Of a DNA stretch of 64,000 nucleotides, positions 12,722 to 26,249 are shown piece after piece (positions within the stretch are counted from its first letter, which is position 1; every line of letters starts with the position of its first letter). A model generated the notes under the pieces. It was given only the letters and a program-made list of their open reading frames with translations. It searched no databases and had not been told where the DNA came from. Made by a program: the position numbers and the translations under genes. The stretch comes from Chiloscyllium plagiosum. Its lineage: Eukaryota. The stretch lies in assembly GCF_004010195.1 (NCBI RefSeq), contig NC_057753.1:12823446-12887445 (forward strand). The letters are read 5' to 3'.

Positions 12722-13560
12722 TGGTTTTATATAGGAAATCGGGAATCCAATTTCAGTATCAGAGATAAAGATACAATACAGAATTGCCGCGAGATCTCCT
12801 ATAACAGTCGAAGTTGAAATGATTAGAATGGAGCTGGATGATTGACATTCCCGTACGTCACAAAGATATCCTGGAGTTATCCCAAAGGTGAAAGAATGTA
12901 TCAAAGCTCGCAGTGTTATGTAAAAGACCAGATCCTTCGGAACATTTCAAGCAACCAGCCCAGAACTTTACTTTGTTACTTTTCTGAAGCAGGTGTCATA
13001 TGGATTTTACAAGAGTGATGTGGCTGGTCGGACCCCTTACTTCCAAAGAAAACAATAGACAACAGGTGCAGGAGTAGGGCATTCTGCCCTTCGAGCCTGC
13101 ACCACCATTCAATATGATCATGGCTGATCATCCTTAATCAGTATCCTGTTTCTGCCTTATCTCCTTAACCCTTGATTCCACTATACTTGACAGCTCTATC
13201 CAACTCTTTCTTAAATTAATCCAGAGACTGGGCCTCCACTGCCCTCTGGGGCAGAACATTCCACACAGCCACCACTCTCTGGGTGAAGATGTTTCTCCTC
13301 ATCTCTGTCCTAAATGGTCTACCCCGTATTTTTAAGCTGTGTCCTCTGGTTCGGCACTCACCCATCAGCGGAAACATGTTTCCTGCCTCCAGAGTGTCCA
13401 ATGTAACAGAATGTATTTCCAAGATTACGCAATGAAACACAAACAAAAAAGAACAGAATTCAGAATAACATAAACTATCCGAAAATGCAATAGATTATGG
13501 TAAGTTCGTGATGCTCTTCCCAATACTTGCAACAATCCACACAAACGTCTCTTTACAGAA
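12722..13560 (-). pseudogene. Highly degenerate V remnant interrupted by a CR1 3' fragment
   Basis: Leader-like LFCKETFVWIVASIG, exon-start-like EIHSVTL, W-containing VLGWLL, FR3-like QSSSSILIISTSTVIGDLAAILYC, and nonamer-like ataaaacca 23 nt after gatactg. Confidence 0.4.
13053..13403 (-). mobile_element. CR1/HER1 LINE 3' fragment, young
   Basis: LEAGNMFPLMGECRTRGHSLKIRGRPFRTEMRRNIFTQRVVAVWNVLPQRAVEA plus 3'UTR gatcagccatgatcatattgaatggtggtgcaggctcgaagggcagaat. Confidence 0.9.
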
Positions 13561-14172
13561 AAGGTAAAGTAAAACCAAGCATCTGACATGAAAGACGTCA
13601 GAGAGTGAAGTTCTGCATGGAAATTCTTCATTGCATCCAGCAGCTTCACAACTGCTGTCTGCTTTCTTTGAGTAACCAGACTGCCAGAAAATAAAATAAA
13701 GTGATAGAAATGCTGAGATGGGAGAACAGGCCACACCCCTTTCATTGCACAAATGTGTTTTTAATTTAAACTTAAAAGCCTTTTGTCTGAGGTAGTATCT
13801 GCTAATTATAATGAAATTGGCCCTAAAGCACATTCAAACCAGACATTTTGGAACTTGTGTTTTCACAGTCTTCTGGAGAGAAAGAGAGTGAGAGAGAGAG
13901 AGAGAGAGAGAGAAACAAGAACATAACATTGTTAAAGGTAAAACATCGTCACAAATGAGACGGCCCAAGACACATCATGGACCAAGTTTGAAACTGAGGC
14001 ACACACTCAGGAAAGTGAGAAAATGTGCAGCGAAAGGGTTTAGGCTTTCAGAAATCTCTCAAGGGGGCAAGTGTGGATTTCATGTTTCAGTGAACAACGA
14101 CGGCTCCTGTTATTGGCTGAAGGAGCTGCTTTTGTTCCATTGAAACCTTCAGTACACTGAAGAAATATTCAG

Positions 14173-14503
14173 ATATTTACTTGAAACGTCTGAGCTGACA
14201 AGGTGGATGGTCAAATGTGGGAAGCTGGGACTATAATGTGTGAATATTTGATGACCAGCACTGACACGATGAGTTGAATGGCCTCTTCCCATGCATTAAA
14301 ACTCGAAAATTTGATCATTTTATCGGAGAACCTTGTCTCTGGTGAGCGTGAATTTAATAAAACCAATATAATTAAGAAAAGAAATACAGATCCACTAGGG
14401 TTTCGCTCCAGGTCCACTGCTTCAGATTAATTGCTTTGACTGCAATGTACATTGTTCGATTCCTGGTCAGTGACTAAGTTATTACTGCTCATGTACAAAC
14501 TCT
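14173..14503 (+). pseudogene. Possible very degenerate V remnant
   Basis: Acceptor ttcag, FR1-like EAGTIMCEY, FR3-like LLQIN, and RSS-like gtcagtg+22+acaaactct. Many lesions. Confidence 0.3.
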
Positions 14504-14894
14504 GAACACGAAGGCGAATTTATTACATTGCAAACAGCATAGGCATAGGAACTCTTTAAGAACCAATAATAGCGTTATACTTCTTTTTGAATGTATTCAG
14601 TACCTTCACAACCCTCGTCTTGTTTGGCAGAGAACATCACAGGTTCACCACTCTGCGAGAGAACAGTATTGTCCTCATCTCAGTCTGAGATGGCCTACTG
14701 TTTAGACTGAGACCACGACCCCTCAATCTATATGAGCTGGCCAGTGGAAACCTCCTGTGTCATCATCTCCTTCTTCAGTAACCTATGATTCCAGGAATCA
14801 GTCTGTTGAATTTTGACTGAATTCCCTCTCCGGAAAGTACACGTTTTTTTCGGTAAAAAAAAGATAATTGTGCTCTCATCAATGCCCTGGAAAA

Positions 14895-15741
14895 TTGCTT
14901 TGAATTGCTTGTTACTTTACTCATCTGTGTTGCAGTGAGGCAGACTTGGAATCATCATCGGACATTCCTTCATCCAAATTGTTAACATAGATAATGAGTA
15001 AAAGTGACTGGCCAACTGCTACACTAAATATTCAATTGGCATTCTGCGCTTCAGTGGAGAAATTAAAAGTAGACAGAATTTCAAGTAGTATAAGAATCCA
15101 GGGCTATGGGGAACAGGGAGGAAAGGGGAGTTACAGACTTTCAGATCAACTATGATCCCAACGAATGTTGGAACAGAATCTATGGATTCAGGGTCTTCTT
15201 CCACATTTACTTCTTTATCGTCAAATGCACTTCATTCCCAACACAGGTTCGTGTTAATCAGCTCACCTTGCTAGCCAGGGGACGAAACGTTTGCAACAAA
15301 AACATCCAGCTCGGCGAACAGAACCACAACAACGAGCACCCGAGCTACAAATCTTCGCACAAACATTGCTTTGAATTGCTTGTTACTTTACTCATCTGTG
15401 TTGCAGTGAGGCAGACTTGGAATCATCACAGGACATTCCTTCATCCAAATTGTTAACATAGATAATGAGTAAAAGTGGCTGGCCAACTGCTACACTAAAT
15501 ATTCAATTGGCATTCTGCGCTTCAGTGGAGAATTAAAAGTAGACAGAATTTCAAGTTGTATAGGAATCCAGGGCTATGGGGAACAGGGAGGAAAGGGGAG
15601 TTACAGACTTTCAGATCAACCATGATCCCAACGAATGTTGGAACAGAATCTATGGATTCAGGGTCTTCCCCACCCTTACTTCTTTATCGTCAAATGCACT
15701 TCATTCCCAACACAGGTTCGTGTTAATCAGCTCACCTTGCT
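14895..15741 (+). repeat. ~378-bp direct duplication flanking a ~92-bp Penelope-like terminal fragment
   Basis: 14895-15272 matches 15365-15741 (attgctttgaattgcttg...gctcaccttgct). The insert 15273-15364 ends aacaacgagcacccgagctacaaatcttcgcacaaac. Confidence 0.9.
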
Positions 15742-16257
15742 TAGTGGGACAGTTCTTTTGGAAGCTTATTGTTGTCAACAATTAACACTGCCATTGCTTT
15801 TTATTTTAAGAAACACATCTTCTTGTTTGTTAACTGAAATTCTACTTACACTGTTATAACTATTCTGATTCAGAAATGACTAAATTTTAGGGAACTATCT
15901 AAAATTCCAGACTAGAAAATTAAAGCATATATACACCGTACTTTTCTGGCACATTGTAGAATGAAGGGAGACATCCAAGATAGAGGAGAAAGGATTGCGA
16001 TTCAGACAATCCAAAGAACCAAGAATCAGATAAAGATGGAGGCAAAGAGAGGAGGGGAGACACAAGGAAGAGACAAATAAACACTCTGGTAACACGGAAA
16101 CAGGTAAATAATGTAAAAACCGTCAGATTACTTGGCAGCTAATGTTGATCTATGCTTACCTTTTTTAGATCTGAGAGTACAATCAATCTTGATCGTTACA
16201 GAATGCCATATTCCACGTAATTGAAGCCAGTTGCTGATCTGAGTTTGCTCTTTGACA

Positions 16258-16729
16258 ATGGTCTGAAAGTGTCCACAATTTGAAACCATTCTGTTACTTC
16301 TGTAAAGGTCTAAACCAGGTAAATTTTCAAACTTTCTTTCCCGATTGTGTCAATCATGCTGCCTAGCAACTCTAATCTGACATTATCTGTTTCATTGTCT
16401 TAAATCATATTCGTGTAAGTTATGTGCTAAATTTTATATTTTGTCGTATGGAGTAATAGCGAAGATGAGTTGTCCCCGGATGACTTAGAATTAATAGTTC
16501 GATAAGAACAGATCACAATGCAAGACTGCAGTAACTCAGCAGTTAATTCTCGAATTCCACATTGGTACATTCAGTTTCCCATGAAATCTTTGAGATACCC
16601 GATAAAGGTATATCACTGGGGATTATTTATCGCAATGTAAACTACCTGAGTGTGGAAGACAGTGCACTCTATTATTGTGCAGTGGGGCCCATCATCAGGT
16701 CGAGCTCAAATCCCCATAAAAAAAAACCT
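16258..16729 (+). pseudogene. TCR alpha V pseudogene with internal deletion; paralog of the V at 21753-22185
   Basis: EDELSPDDLELIVR*EQITMQDCSNSAVNSRIPHWYIQFPMKSLRYPIKVY...[deletion]...NVNYLSVEDSALYYCAVG. Heptamer is destroyed; the A-rich nonamer region remains. Confidence 0.8.
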
Positions 16730-17888
16730 CCACGAGTAGTTGCGTCTATCTACATTCACGTTTTAGCGAGCAGGGTTGTTGTGATCCCGGCTCGGTGCAG
16801 AAAAAGTCCGAAATAGATTCTCTGTTGTTTTCAGTGCCGTGTACTTCTGTGGTAAGGAGCAAACAGTGGACAGACAAACAGTGTACCCAGTACAAAACCC
16901 ACCCTAAATATTCCAGATAGTGTCCACAAGAAGGCAGAATCACATAGACAAAGGGAAACAGAAATTCAGACTTCAAACTGAGGAACACATTGTTGTCAGT
17001 AAAATCTCAAAACAAAGCGCAATATTCAACAAGAATAGCTGATCTTTTCCCCTAACTTTAAATTACAATAAAGTTTTTTTCTCCTAAATAATTTGGGATC
17101 AGTATGTCCTTTACTGATCTTTCCACTGTCATGTAAATTATTTGGGATCTCTTCCTTCATCTTAGAGGAACATAAACTCTCAGTCATTGGTCTGGCAACA
17201 TCAGTCTAATTGCTGCACGGCTCTGTTAATATACAACAGCGAAGCCTTCTCTCGTGTTTCACTGGGATAAATTTTCTATCAGTTACTTCAGGGTAAATGA
17301 CCATATCTGACAAAAATCTGAAATCAGGTCCACAATTGTCTGCTGATTTTCGTACTCTTTCCTCCATGTCAGTGTGGTCACTACCTGTATTAGAAATTGA
17401 AATATGCACACATATATTATTATATATTATAATACATTGCATATTATATATAAAATGTTATGTTTTATGTAATACCTTAAATCACATTTAACGTGGAACG
17501 TTATTGTACGTCTACATCTAACAGCATATCTACACACTTTCAAACTGCAACTGACAGTGAGAGAGGCACGAAATTTTTGGAATCAGTAATTGTTGTTGAG
17601 AGAGACACTGCATAATTGACCTGTTCCACCACAGTAGCAGGACAAATCCAACAATAGCATATTGTAGTGACATCTCTGCATGATTCTACAACACAGACCT
17701 GAAGGTAGGATCTCTCCTCACATGGGCCACCCCAATTTACTGACAGTTGGGGCTGTTTTCCATGGTTCAGAAACTTATAATTCCTCCTCCCGTGTTAGCA
17801 TTTGAATACATCTTTCGTTGAGTCTGAAAACGGCTTTCATTCAGACAACAGCTGCAGCTGAGAGATAGAGAAAGTCTGGAGTCCAGTC

Positions 17889-18065
17889 GAGGTTTGGAAC
17901 TTGATCTGTTTTGCTTTCACCACTGTGGTGTTCACGTATACTGACTGGCTGTTGCCAACACCGGCACACAATATAGCCAATCATTATGTTTGCAGTTCAG
18001 AGATACAGTTCGTCCTTCTGCATCAACATTTGAGGAGAACAGCTGAGTGACAGAATCGCCATGTC
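17889..18065 (-). pseudogene. V pseudogene with FR1 joined almost directly to its 23-RSS (CDR2-FR3 deleted)
   Basis: GDSVTQLFSSNVDAEGRTVSLNCKH...CWQQP, then cacagtg (17921-17927) + 23 + ccaaacctc. Confidence 0.75.
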
Positions 18066-20894
18066 AGATATTAAGAAAAAGGTAGGTTTGATTAAAAATT
18101 ACGAGAGTGATGAGTGTTCAAATTTAAGATTTTCACGATTTGGAAATCAATGTTTTGTTAACTGTTCTCTATCAGGAATTAATCATGCTCAAAACAGTTG
18201 ATGTGTAACCAAGGTGTCATTGCCTGCTGTGTAAATGAAAAGGGTGTTACAAAAAGACATCCCTTTGAAACTTCGCAATGAATTATCTGCTTTTATTTAT
18301 TTGGATGCATGTTTTGTGTATGTTTCTTGTTCTTCTGCAAGAGCAATAGGTGGGAGTTTGTCTATTAGAGAATGCAAACACAAGTGGACGACTTATTTGA
18401 TGAATATCTTCCGTGTCAGATCCTAATCCTCTTTAGTTCAGTAGTCCAATATGTTTTCGATAATTTGAGAAGTATCAAAAGGTGCGGTAATTTCATCTAC
18501 GTATGAAACTGACACATTAATACTCTTTGCATAAAACTTTCAGAGGCAAGGCATCTTCAGGACAATGCTAACAGATTGCTCAGCTCATCCACATCAGAGT
18601 TTGATGGTCTCAGTTCTCGAGACATTTATCGTATCTAGAATGACAATAGTTATCAGATCGATTTAGTCCACTGAACTATAGACAAGGTGAATTATTCCAA
18701 TTCCAACGGAGTGTGAGATTTTCTCCCATCTTTTAAATTAACTTCGGCATTATGCAAATTACCGTTCTTTCTCTGAGTGCTGGAGGAACTGGAATGAAAA
18801 GAAATTATTGCAAATGCTGGAAATCAGAAACAAGAACAAAAAGATGCTCTGGATATTCTTTAGGTTATGTGGAGAGAGAAATATATTTAACATTTTGAGT
18901 CCAATGGCTCTTCTTGAGAATGTGTTGATTCAAAGTCCACTGTGCAACATCATCAGGTTGGCAGCAGAGAGCAGCATTGTCTCAATTCAATCACTAGAGG
19001 GAGTGGCGTTGTTACTTATTCATTCATCCAACATCTTAGATATAGTTCGCCAACCATCGCAGACAGAAATACACACAGAGATACACAAAAAAGGATTTTT
19101 ATCGGCAGTAAGTAGTTATAAGCACCCACAAAGATAGGCACACAGTGAAGCACAAACAAATATGCAGAAGAGTGCCATAGATTCACAAACATAATACACA
19201 TGTAGAGATATCCGCACAAATAAATATATTGACATAACACACAGTCATACATATCAGTGCACGTACAGATTTGCAAACGTTTATGAAGACATGCAGAGAC
19301 ACACAATTGCACAAAAACTGAGCTGCAAGCTCTGTACAGTTTTTTGAAACGTTCCTGTTAGCAAGTTCACTTTCAAACAAATATACATATTCCAGATTTT
19401 AATATTCATCAGTTTTTTTAATCAACACAATTTTCCTTCATCGTTATGATTATGGAATGTTCTTCTCCTGGAAGTAATTATGCAACTTCTGTTCCATAAT
19501 ATACTTTTCATCTGAAGCAACTCAATTCCGGTTTTGGCAGCTTCTTTGTTCTCTTAAAAATAAACTTAGCCTCTCTGTTCAGTTCATATTAAAAGCCAAC
19601 AGCATGGTATTGATCCATTTTACGATCTCCAATGATTTGTTATTCATTCTAAATAGCAGTTCCCTGAGTTTTGAAAAGTGATGCATTGAGGTTTACAATT
19701 ATTTGGGAGTGACGTCATCAAAATAATTTTGAATCTGAAAAGTTACAATCAAGATTTTGGGGGATCTGGATTATTTACTATTCTTGTTTTCATTTGTAAA
19801 TGATTGAATCCCAACTCCAATTAATGGGTCCATCTGAATCAGATTGAATAGAATTCTTCAGTTCAGCACACTCAACCAAAGAGGTGAATTATGCATGAGA
19901 CTGATATCCATCTTAAATGCTTACTGTGAAATATGCTAGTGAACAACTCTTCAATGTTCACTTTTTCTACTCCAAGAAAGATGGCATGACTACCTTAACG
20001 CTGCTGTCTTTGTCTATCACCCATACAATCAGCTGCACAGCCAAGGAATATCAGTTTTGTGAGCACAGCTCGACTGAAATCATTCCTTAGCAGAAGGCAT
20101 ATTGGAAATCCAAGTAATGTCATCAGCGAAGCTAAAACAATAATTCCTCCTCCCGTGTTAGCATTTGAATACATCTTTAGTTGAGTCTGAAAACGGCTTT
20201 CATTCAGATCAAAAACAGAAATAAAATAAGATCCGTATTTGCAATTCAGACTGAGATCATCATTTCGAAACGAGATTTTTTTTTCGAATCAGCTCTAAGA
20301 CATTGCATTGCACACGCCATCCTCCGCCTCCTAACATTCCCCTCTCGCTGTATACTGGAAATAATCGAGGACCGCAGTGACAGTATTGTTCAGCGTGAGA
20401 TATGAGCTTGAAAAAAAATCTCATTTAAATGCACCCTGAAATGTCGTCTATCATAATACTGGATGCTCTTGGCAAACGTTATTGCGTCCAAAATAACGTT
20501 TTGAAACATATCTCCCAATGAACAAGACTAAGACCAATCGCCGTGAATGCCTGGAGAATAGAAATGCGTAAATTGTCGCAATGGGCTTGCAGCAATTGAG
20601 CAGTCATTTTTGAAACTCACATTGGTTCATGATTGTCATTAGATAACACTGAACAGACCTCGGAAAAGCAAACAGAATCGTGGCGATTTTGCCATCGACA
20701 CTGAAAATTTGAAATATCTACCTTATTGAATGCGTTCCTTTTGGGTACACGTTCCTGAAGCAGAGTCGTTCTGATCAAATAATCTCTCTGCATTCAACGG
20801 TATCTATTTCAGACAGCAGCCAAGGAGAAAGAGGCACATAGTAAATTTTGCAGTATATAAAGTTGATAAAATGGCTGAATATAGTTTAATGTTT

Positions 20895-21488
20895 TTTATG
20901 GACCATGCTAAACACCGGCAAAACTTTTCAAAAAGGCAGCCCAGACCCTAAACTTTCTAGTTGTTGTAAGCAAGTGTAAGTGGATATTCCACGAGTGATG
21001 TAGTCTGCCCAACCAAGCATTTTTAAACAAAGCAGGATTTATTTGCATACTAATGAATGAAACACGAAGAGAAAGAACAGAATTTAGACTAACTGAAATT
21101 ATTGGAAATCCCAACAGTCACTCTTGCAACTTATTGATGCTATTCCAAATGCTTGCAACATCCGCATAAAGACCCACTTGCAAAACAAACGTAAAAAGGA
21201 TCAGATTCTCACAGGAGAGATGTCAGAGAGAGAGGATCAGCATGGGACTGTTTCCTTGACAGGCAGCCTCAAACTGACTGCTTGCTAAAACCAAACCAAA
21301 TCAAATACTAAACTACAAGAACTGGTCTGCTCCCTTTCAATGTACAATTTTTAAAGATATTAAAAACAAAGCTTAAAGCCTGTTGCTGGTAGATGCCTCC
21401 CAACTTTTCAGAACCTCTGCCTTTACGACCCCTTGGACAAAAAAAATACAAGGACAACATTACCTTTTCAAGGTTGCACCATCTTCAG
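20895..21488. mobile_element. Solo-LTR-like interspersed repeat; related copies at ~38555-38960, ~48995-49590 and ~52120-53525
   Basis: Shared termini ttatggacc/ttatggact...agacc...ggcagccc/aggtaccc.agac.c.aac at several positions in the window. Family assignment is tentative. Confidence 0.5.
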
Positions 21489-21714
21489 AGTGCACCACAT
21501 ATCAATTCATAAACTTCATTTTTTGACACTTGCAAGTTAAATTACAAAGAAACATCATTGCTCTTTTTCTCCTTACATGTTATTATTGAATGTTTTACTG
21601 TGTTTTCATATTTCATGAGTGATTCTGTGTCTCTCCTGTTGGAGGATGGATTATTGTTTCAGTTTATTTTGTGAGAGCTCCCTCACGTGGACATAAATTG
21701 GAACTCTCAGGGTG

Positions 21715-21752
21715 GGTTTTTGTGCGGGGGCAGCGATGTCTGCAGCAGTGTG
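21715..21752 (-). promoter_or_regulatory. RSS (22-nt spacer, 23-class) with consensus nonamer
   Basis: cacactg + 22 nt + acaaaaacc. Confidence 0.9.
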
Positions 21753-22185
21753 GGCTCCATGGCACAGAAATACACGGCGCTGTCGGAGGGGAGAACTGGA
21801 GAGATGTTTAGAGTAATCGTTTCTCTTTGTTTGTACAGAACAGCAGAAAATCTGTCTTGCAAATCTTCAGATATTTCTGCGTTCCCCGTGGAATACACTT
21901 TCACGACATATCTCAGAACGTCCCCAGGATACTGAACGTACCAGAACACAGTTCGAAAAGAAGACGTCGAGTAACTGCAATTTAATGCTACGTTCTGTCG
22001 TTCCAGGACAATTAATTCATGTGGATCTTGGAATACAGCATCTTCCCCATTGGTCGCTGCAAAAAGGAACAATCTATCAAATGTCTGGCAGGAATTATAA
22101 CTCTAGGAAGAACTGCTGAACATTGCAACATAGACTCACCACACAGTACGACCAATATCGTTAAGAAAGAAAATGGGAGGCACAT
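21753..22185 (-). CDS. Apparently functional TCR alpha(/delta) V segment (leader 22140-22185, V exon 21753-22056)
   Basis: Leader MCLPFSFLTILVVLC + G|gtgagt, 83-nt intron ending tttgcag. V exon ATNGEDAVFQDPHELIVLERQNVALNCSYSTSSFRTVFWYVQYPGDVLRYVVKVYSTGNAEISEDLQDRFSAVLYKQRETITLNISPVLPSDSAVYFCAME with C23, W41 and C104 intact. Confidence 0.95.
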
Positions 22186-23389
22186 TTTACTTCTTCCACA
22201 TTTGCACAACAGTAACAGAATCTATAAAATATGTTGAGAACTCCAATCCGATGTGAAATAGTAAACTCAGATCAGGCGCACACTTCACTCCAGAGAGGGG
22301 AAAAAAAAGGTGTTTCCTACGACACAGGATTGGTTGAACGCTCAGTGCTGACGAAGTTTGAACACCAATCACTATTGATCGCAGACAAATGACGTTTTCT
22401 GGTTGTTTCCGTATCTCCATATTCTGTCTTTCTCTGTATCTAAGGATTTGCGGTCTCTTCAGTACTCTCCTTCCTCTCTCAATCGCATAAGCTCTCTACA
22501 TCACAATTATGTACTGTGTCTGAACACAAATCTCATATTATCATTTCGCTCTAAATAGAATGTGTAGAAATTCAAATTCATCCAACTCTCCCTTTCCAAA
22601 CACTAGTAATTGCTTCTTGAATGGAAAAATTCATTCCATCTCTGATTTAAAACGAAAATGGAAGCTTCTGCACCGAAATTCTTAGTATCCAGAAAGAGTG
22701 TGAGTCAGGTTCTTATCTGTATCATAGAGTCATAGAGTCATATATATTTTTTTCCTTTTTTCAGTCAATTAAGACCAGAATATCATCTCGGTTTTCCTGA
22801 TTTCACTTTCTTAAAACAACATGAAATGACAGACATGGACGAAGGTTTAAGTTCAAAGGAGGAAAATAAGGTTTCATTTTGAAGTCGATATTATTTCCGC
22901 GTTTCTGCCTACCTGGAGTGAATATTATAAATACAGGAATAAAGCATAATAATGAGGCCTAATTATTTAAGAAAACAATTGCGTAAAACTTCAATGTAGA
23001 GATTTTGCAGGCAAGACTATTTCACTCATATTATGAGAAACCGAAGCTCCAAAGTCGATTTTGTAGCAGGTCCCGCTTCGTTAACATCAATGCTGTGTCC
23101 GAGGTCACAAATCCAATCGTTCTGGATTAACAATTTGGTTCCGTGATCTGAATTTTGCTTGGCCATGTATTATTCTGAATTTAGCTAGTCGAATAAACTT
23201 CTGAAATTACTGCTAGTATTTTGAATGGAGTACTAGATCGGGATAAATTCCACTTGATTCAGAATGTTGTGCCGGAAAAGAAATCTGTTGTTCTCTGGAA
23301 TTCACTTTGGACCTCAACGTCTTAGGTACACGCATAACTTTCACTTTCCTCCTACATTTGCCATTTTATTTATACAGCGACGGAGATCT

Positions 23390-23748
23390 GTAATGGAAAC
23401 AGAACACGGCTGAGCAATTCTGTTTGAAATTTCCAAAGAAAACCACTTTTCGCTAGATAATTCCAATTAACCCTTTGTATAATAAGAGTGTTTACTTAGA
23501 CCCTCCAACTTGCATTAATTAATGTCTTAAAATACAACTCGGATTGAAAATAAAAGATTTTGCAGTTGACAGAAGATGCATCTGTCATGTTTTCGGTGTA
23601 TACGAGGCAATGTTCTGCTGTCGCACCACGTGACACAATGTTGCACACAAAGGAAAATGAACAATAAAACAGAAGAACTGTACAGACTCTGCACATCTTC
23701 ACAGAGCCAAATGTGGAGAGAAAGAGAACAACCAGCCACAGAAACATC
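23390..23748 (-). pseudogene. Degenerate V remnant
   Basis: Leader-like MFLWLVVLFLSTFG, FR1-like ...ASSVNCK, and FR3-like SSEKWFSLEISN.../SAVFC. No recognisable RSS. Confidence 0.45.
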
Positions 23749-24164
23749 ACGATTTGATGTGGAAGAGAAATGAAGGCTCAAATAACTATAGAAAGAAAAA
23801 GCAAAAACGATAAATAGAAGGACACATCTTCCACTACAAATTTGTAGTGGGAAACAGTGGAAAATATAAAAGGGGAACCAAACACAAAGGGAAGTGGAGC
23901 GAGCGAGAGGGTAAGGGGGTGTGAGAATAATCAGACATACAGATATGGAACCGAGACACAAAGAAAGACGTAAAAAAGGAGTGGAATGCAATCTGAAACA
24001 GAAATACCGAGATAAAGAAAACCGAGATAGAGCAATCGGGAGAGACGGCAGAGAAACCAAACACAGAAATTCGTAAACTAGTATTAGACTTCGGCCACTC
24101 GGCCCATTCAGCCTGCAGCACCATTCAATATGATGCTTGCTGTCCATTTTCCGTTAGAAATAAA

Positions 24165-24580
24165 GACAGAGAGAAAAACAGAGAGAGAGAGATACAACCA
24201 CAGAGAGAGAGAGAGACAGAGAGAGCGACAGAGAGAGCAGAAGCAGAATTATGAGGGCGTAGAACGTTGTGATGGAGAGAGAGAGAGCGAGACATAAATG
24301 TATTCATTTTAAGGGAGAAAGGGAAGGAAACACGGAGAGAATGACGACAAAATGTGGGAAGAAAAATAAAAGAGGAGGCTCATGGAGAAACAGATAGACA
24401 CCTGTGAATTTGAGTAAAAATGTAGCATTCAAGGGTAGAGAAATCGAGAAACATAGAGACTGAGACTGACTGACAGAAAGCCATTGAGAGAAGCAGAAGC
24501 AGAGAGAAATAGGAAGAGGAAGAGAGATGTGTAAAGGAAGAAAAAGTTTCAGTGAGAAAGACAGAAGAAAACATCAAAGT
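24165..24580 (+). repeat. GA-rich low-complexity/microsatellite tract
   Basis: Interrupted (GA)n and (GACA)n runs. Confidence 0.8.
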
Positions 24581-25589
24581 GAGAGCAGTTTTAAATCACA
24601 ATAAAGGAGATAGCACAACAGCCCAATGTCTCAACATTGAGGCAAAAGAGATGGTCAATGCACATGTGGAACTAATGCGCCAGTCGTGAGCAAGAGAGAG
24701 GGAAGCCAAAAAACGACCACGAAGATGAAGTAAAGGTGAAGAGCATTTTGGGAAAAAGAGGCAAAAAACAAAATGAATGCAGAAATCAAACAAGTATGAA
24801 TCGGAAGCATGTAAATGAAATGGAACAATCAGCAAATTGAGAGTTTTTGCAATAAAATGACGACAGGGAATGAAAAGCGAATAAATGGAGAAAAATCTAG
24901 TTAATCAAATAGAAGACGTAGTTAAAGTCAGACGCAGATTGAATCTGTTTCAAGGACGAAATTTTGGATGACTCCACATCTCCTCTGCTTTGAGCGAATA
25001 ATTTCAGAATCATTGTTGAAAAAAAAACTATGCTGGAAGAGCTTTATGTCTTATGCATTTCAGGACGGATGCAAAAATGAAAAGAAAGGATTAACGTATG
25101 CCATAGGAGAATGCTGTTTTCATATCACTCCTTTTCAAAACCCGTTTTCCTGACGTGATGAATTGCAGAACAGAACAGTATTGAGCTCATTGGGTTTTGT
25201 GTAAAACAATGGATTTCCAATTGGATTAGGTGTTACCTTCTGTCTTTGGCCAGAAGAAGCCAATCAGTACAGCGACCAGTATCAATATGCCATCCCATTT
25301 CTTGACGAATAATCATTTCAGCCAGAACAAATTTCTGTGAAAATCTATCATCATATCTCTCGAAACATGTTGGGAGTTTATTTTTACTTTATTGATGCTG
25401 CTGCAGCTCTCTTAGTTTGCAAGTTGAGAATTTATTCATCACTTCAGTTCACAAATATCGCGTTTATTACATTTAATCCGAGCACAGAAATGCCCATATT
25501 TTGATCTGGAAAGGAAAGAGTTGGGACCTTCCTGAACCCGTCCCTAAAGTAAATGGTATACATCAGCTGAACGTTTTTGCTGAATGGCT

Positions 25590-25666
25590 CATGAACCGAG
25601 CCCATCAACGGAATTTAATGTTTGGCATGAACCGAGCCCATCAACGGAATTTAATGTTTGGCATGA
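25590..25666 (+). repeat. Perfect 36-bp tandem duplication upstream of a V leader
   Basis: catgaaccgagcccatcaacggaatttaatgtttgg x2, followed by catga. Confidence 0.95.
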
Positions 25667-25773
25667 TAAACGCCAGATGCATATTAACATTGCTTTATAA
25701 CACAGTGGAGAAATGGACATCAAAGAAGACACTAAAATTGCATCAAAACACACGCAATTGCTCATTGCAGAAC

Positions 25774-26249
25774 ATGTCGTCCTTAATACACTTCGATATA
25801 TGTTTGTAAATTAGTGCTCAAAAAAGAGTCATTTATTTGAATGTTTCAGGGGAGAAGGTCACCGTGATATATCATCATTTAACTTAATATGTCTATGTGC
25901 TTTAACAGGGCAATGTACGAAGAGACTGGTTTCCACAGACACGAACTAAAACAGTAAATGTAGGCCATGACGTTCAACTATTCTGTAATTACACAATTAC
26001 AAGCAGCAGCTTGCCTTACCTGTTCTGTTACCTTCAATATTGAAGTGGATCCGTTGAGTTTTGGTACATAAGAATAGGATTAGAGGCAATGCAGAAGAAT
26101 CTCCACAGATCGTTTCTCAGTGAAACTCACTGAATCGAATCAAACTGTGCTGCTAAAACCTGTGAAAGCACATCTGACGGACTCCACTGTGTATTATTGC
26201 ACACTGAGACCAACAGAGACATTGAATTTGAGTGAACCTTACAAGAACT
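25774..26249 (+). pseudogene. TCR alpha V pseudogene
   Basis: Leader MSSLIHFDICL*. Exon from 25909: ...KTVNVGHDVQLFCNYTITSSSLPYLFCYLQY*..., frameshift, then DRFSVKLTESNQTVLLKPVKAHLTDSTVYYCTLR. RSS aacagag+22+acaagaact. Confidence 0.9.

Noticed and set aside
23527-24147. 206-aa ORF
   Set aside because: Antisense of GA-rich low-complexity DNA plus a LINE tail.
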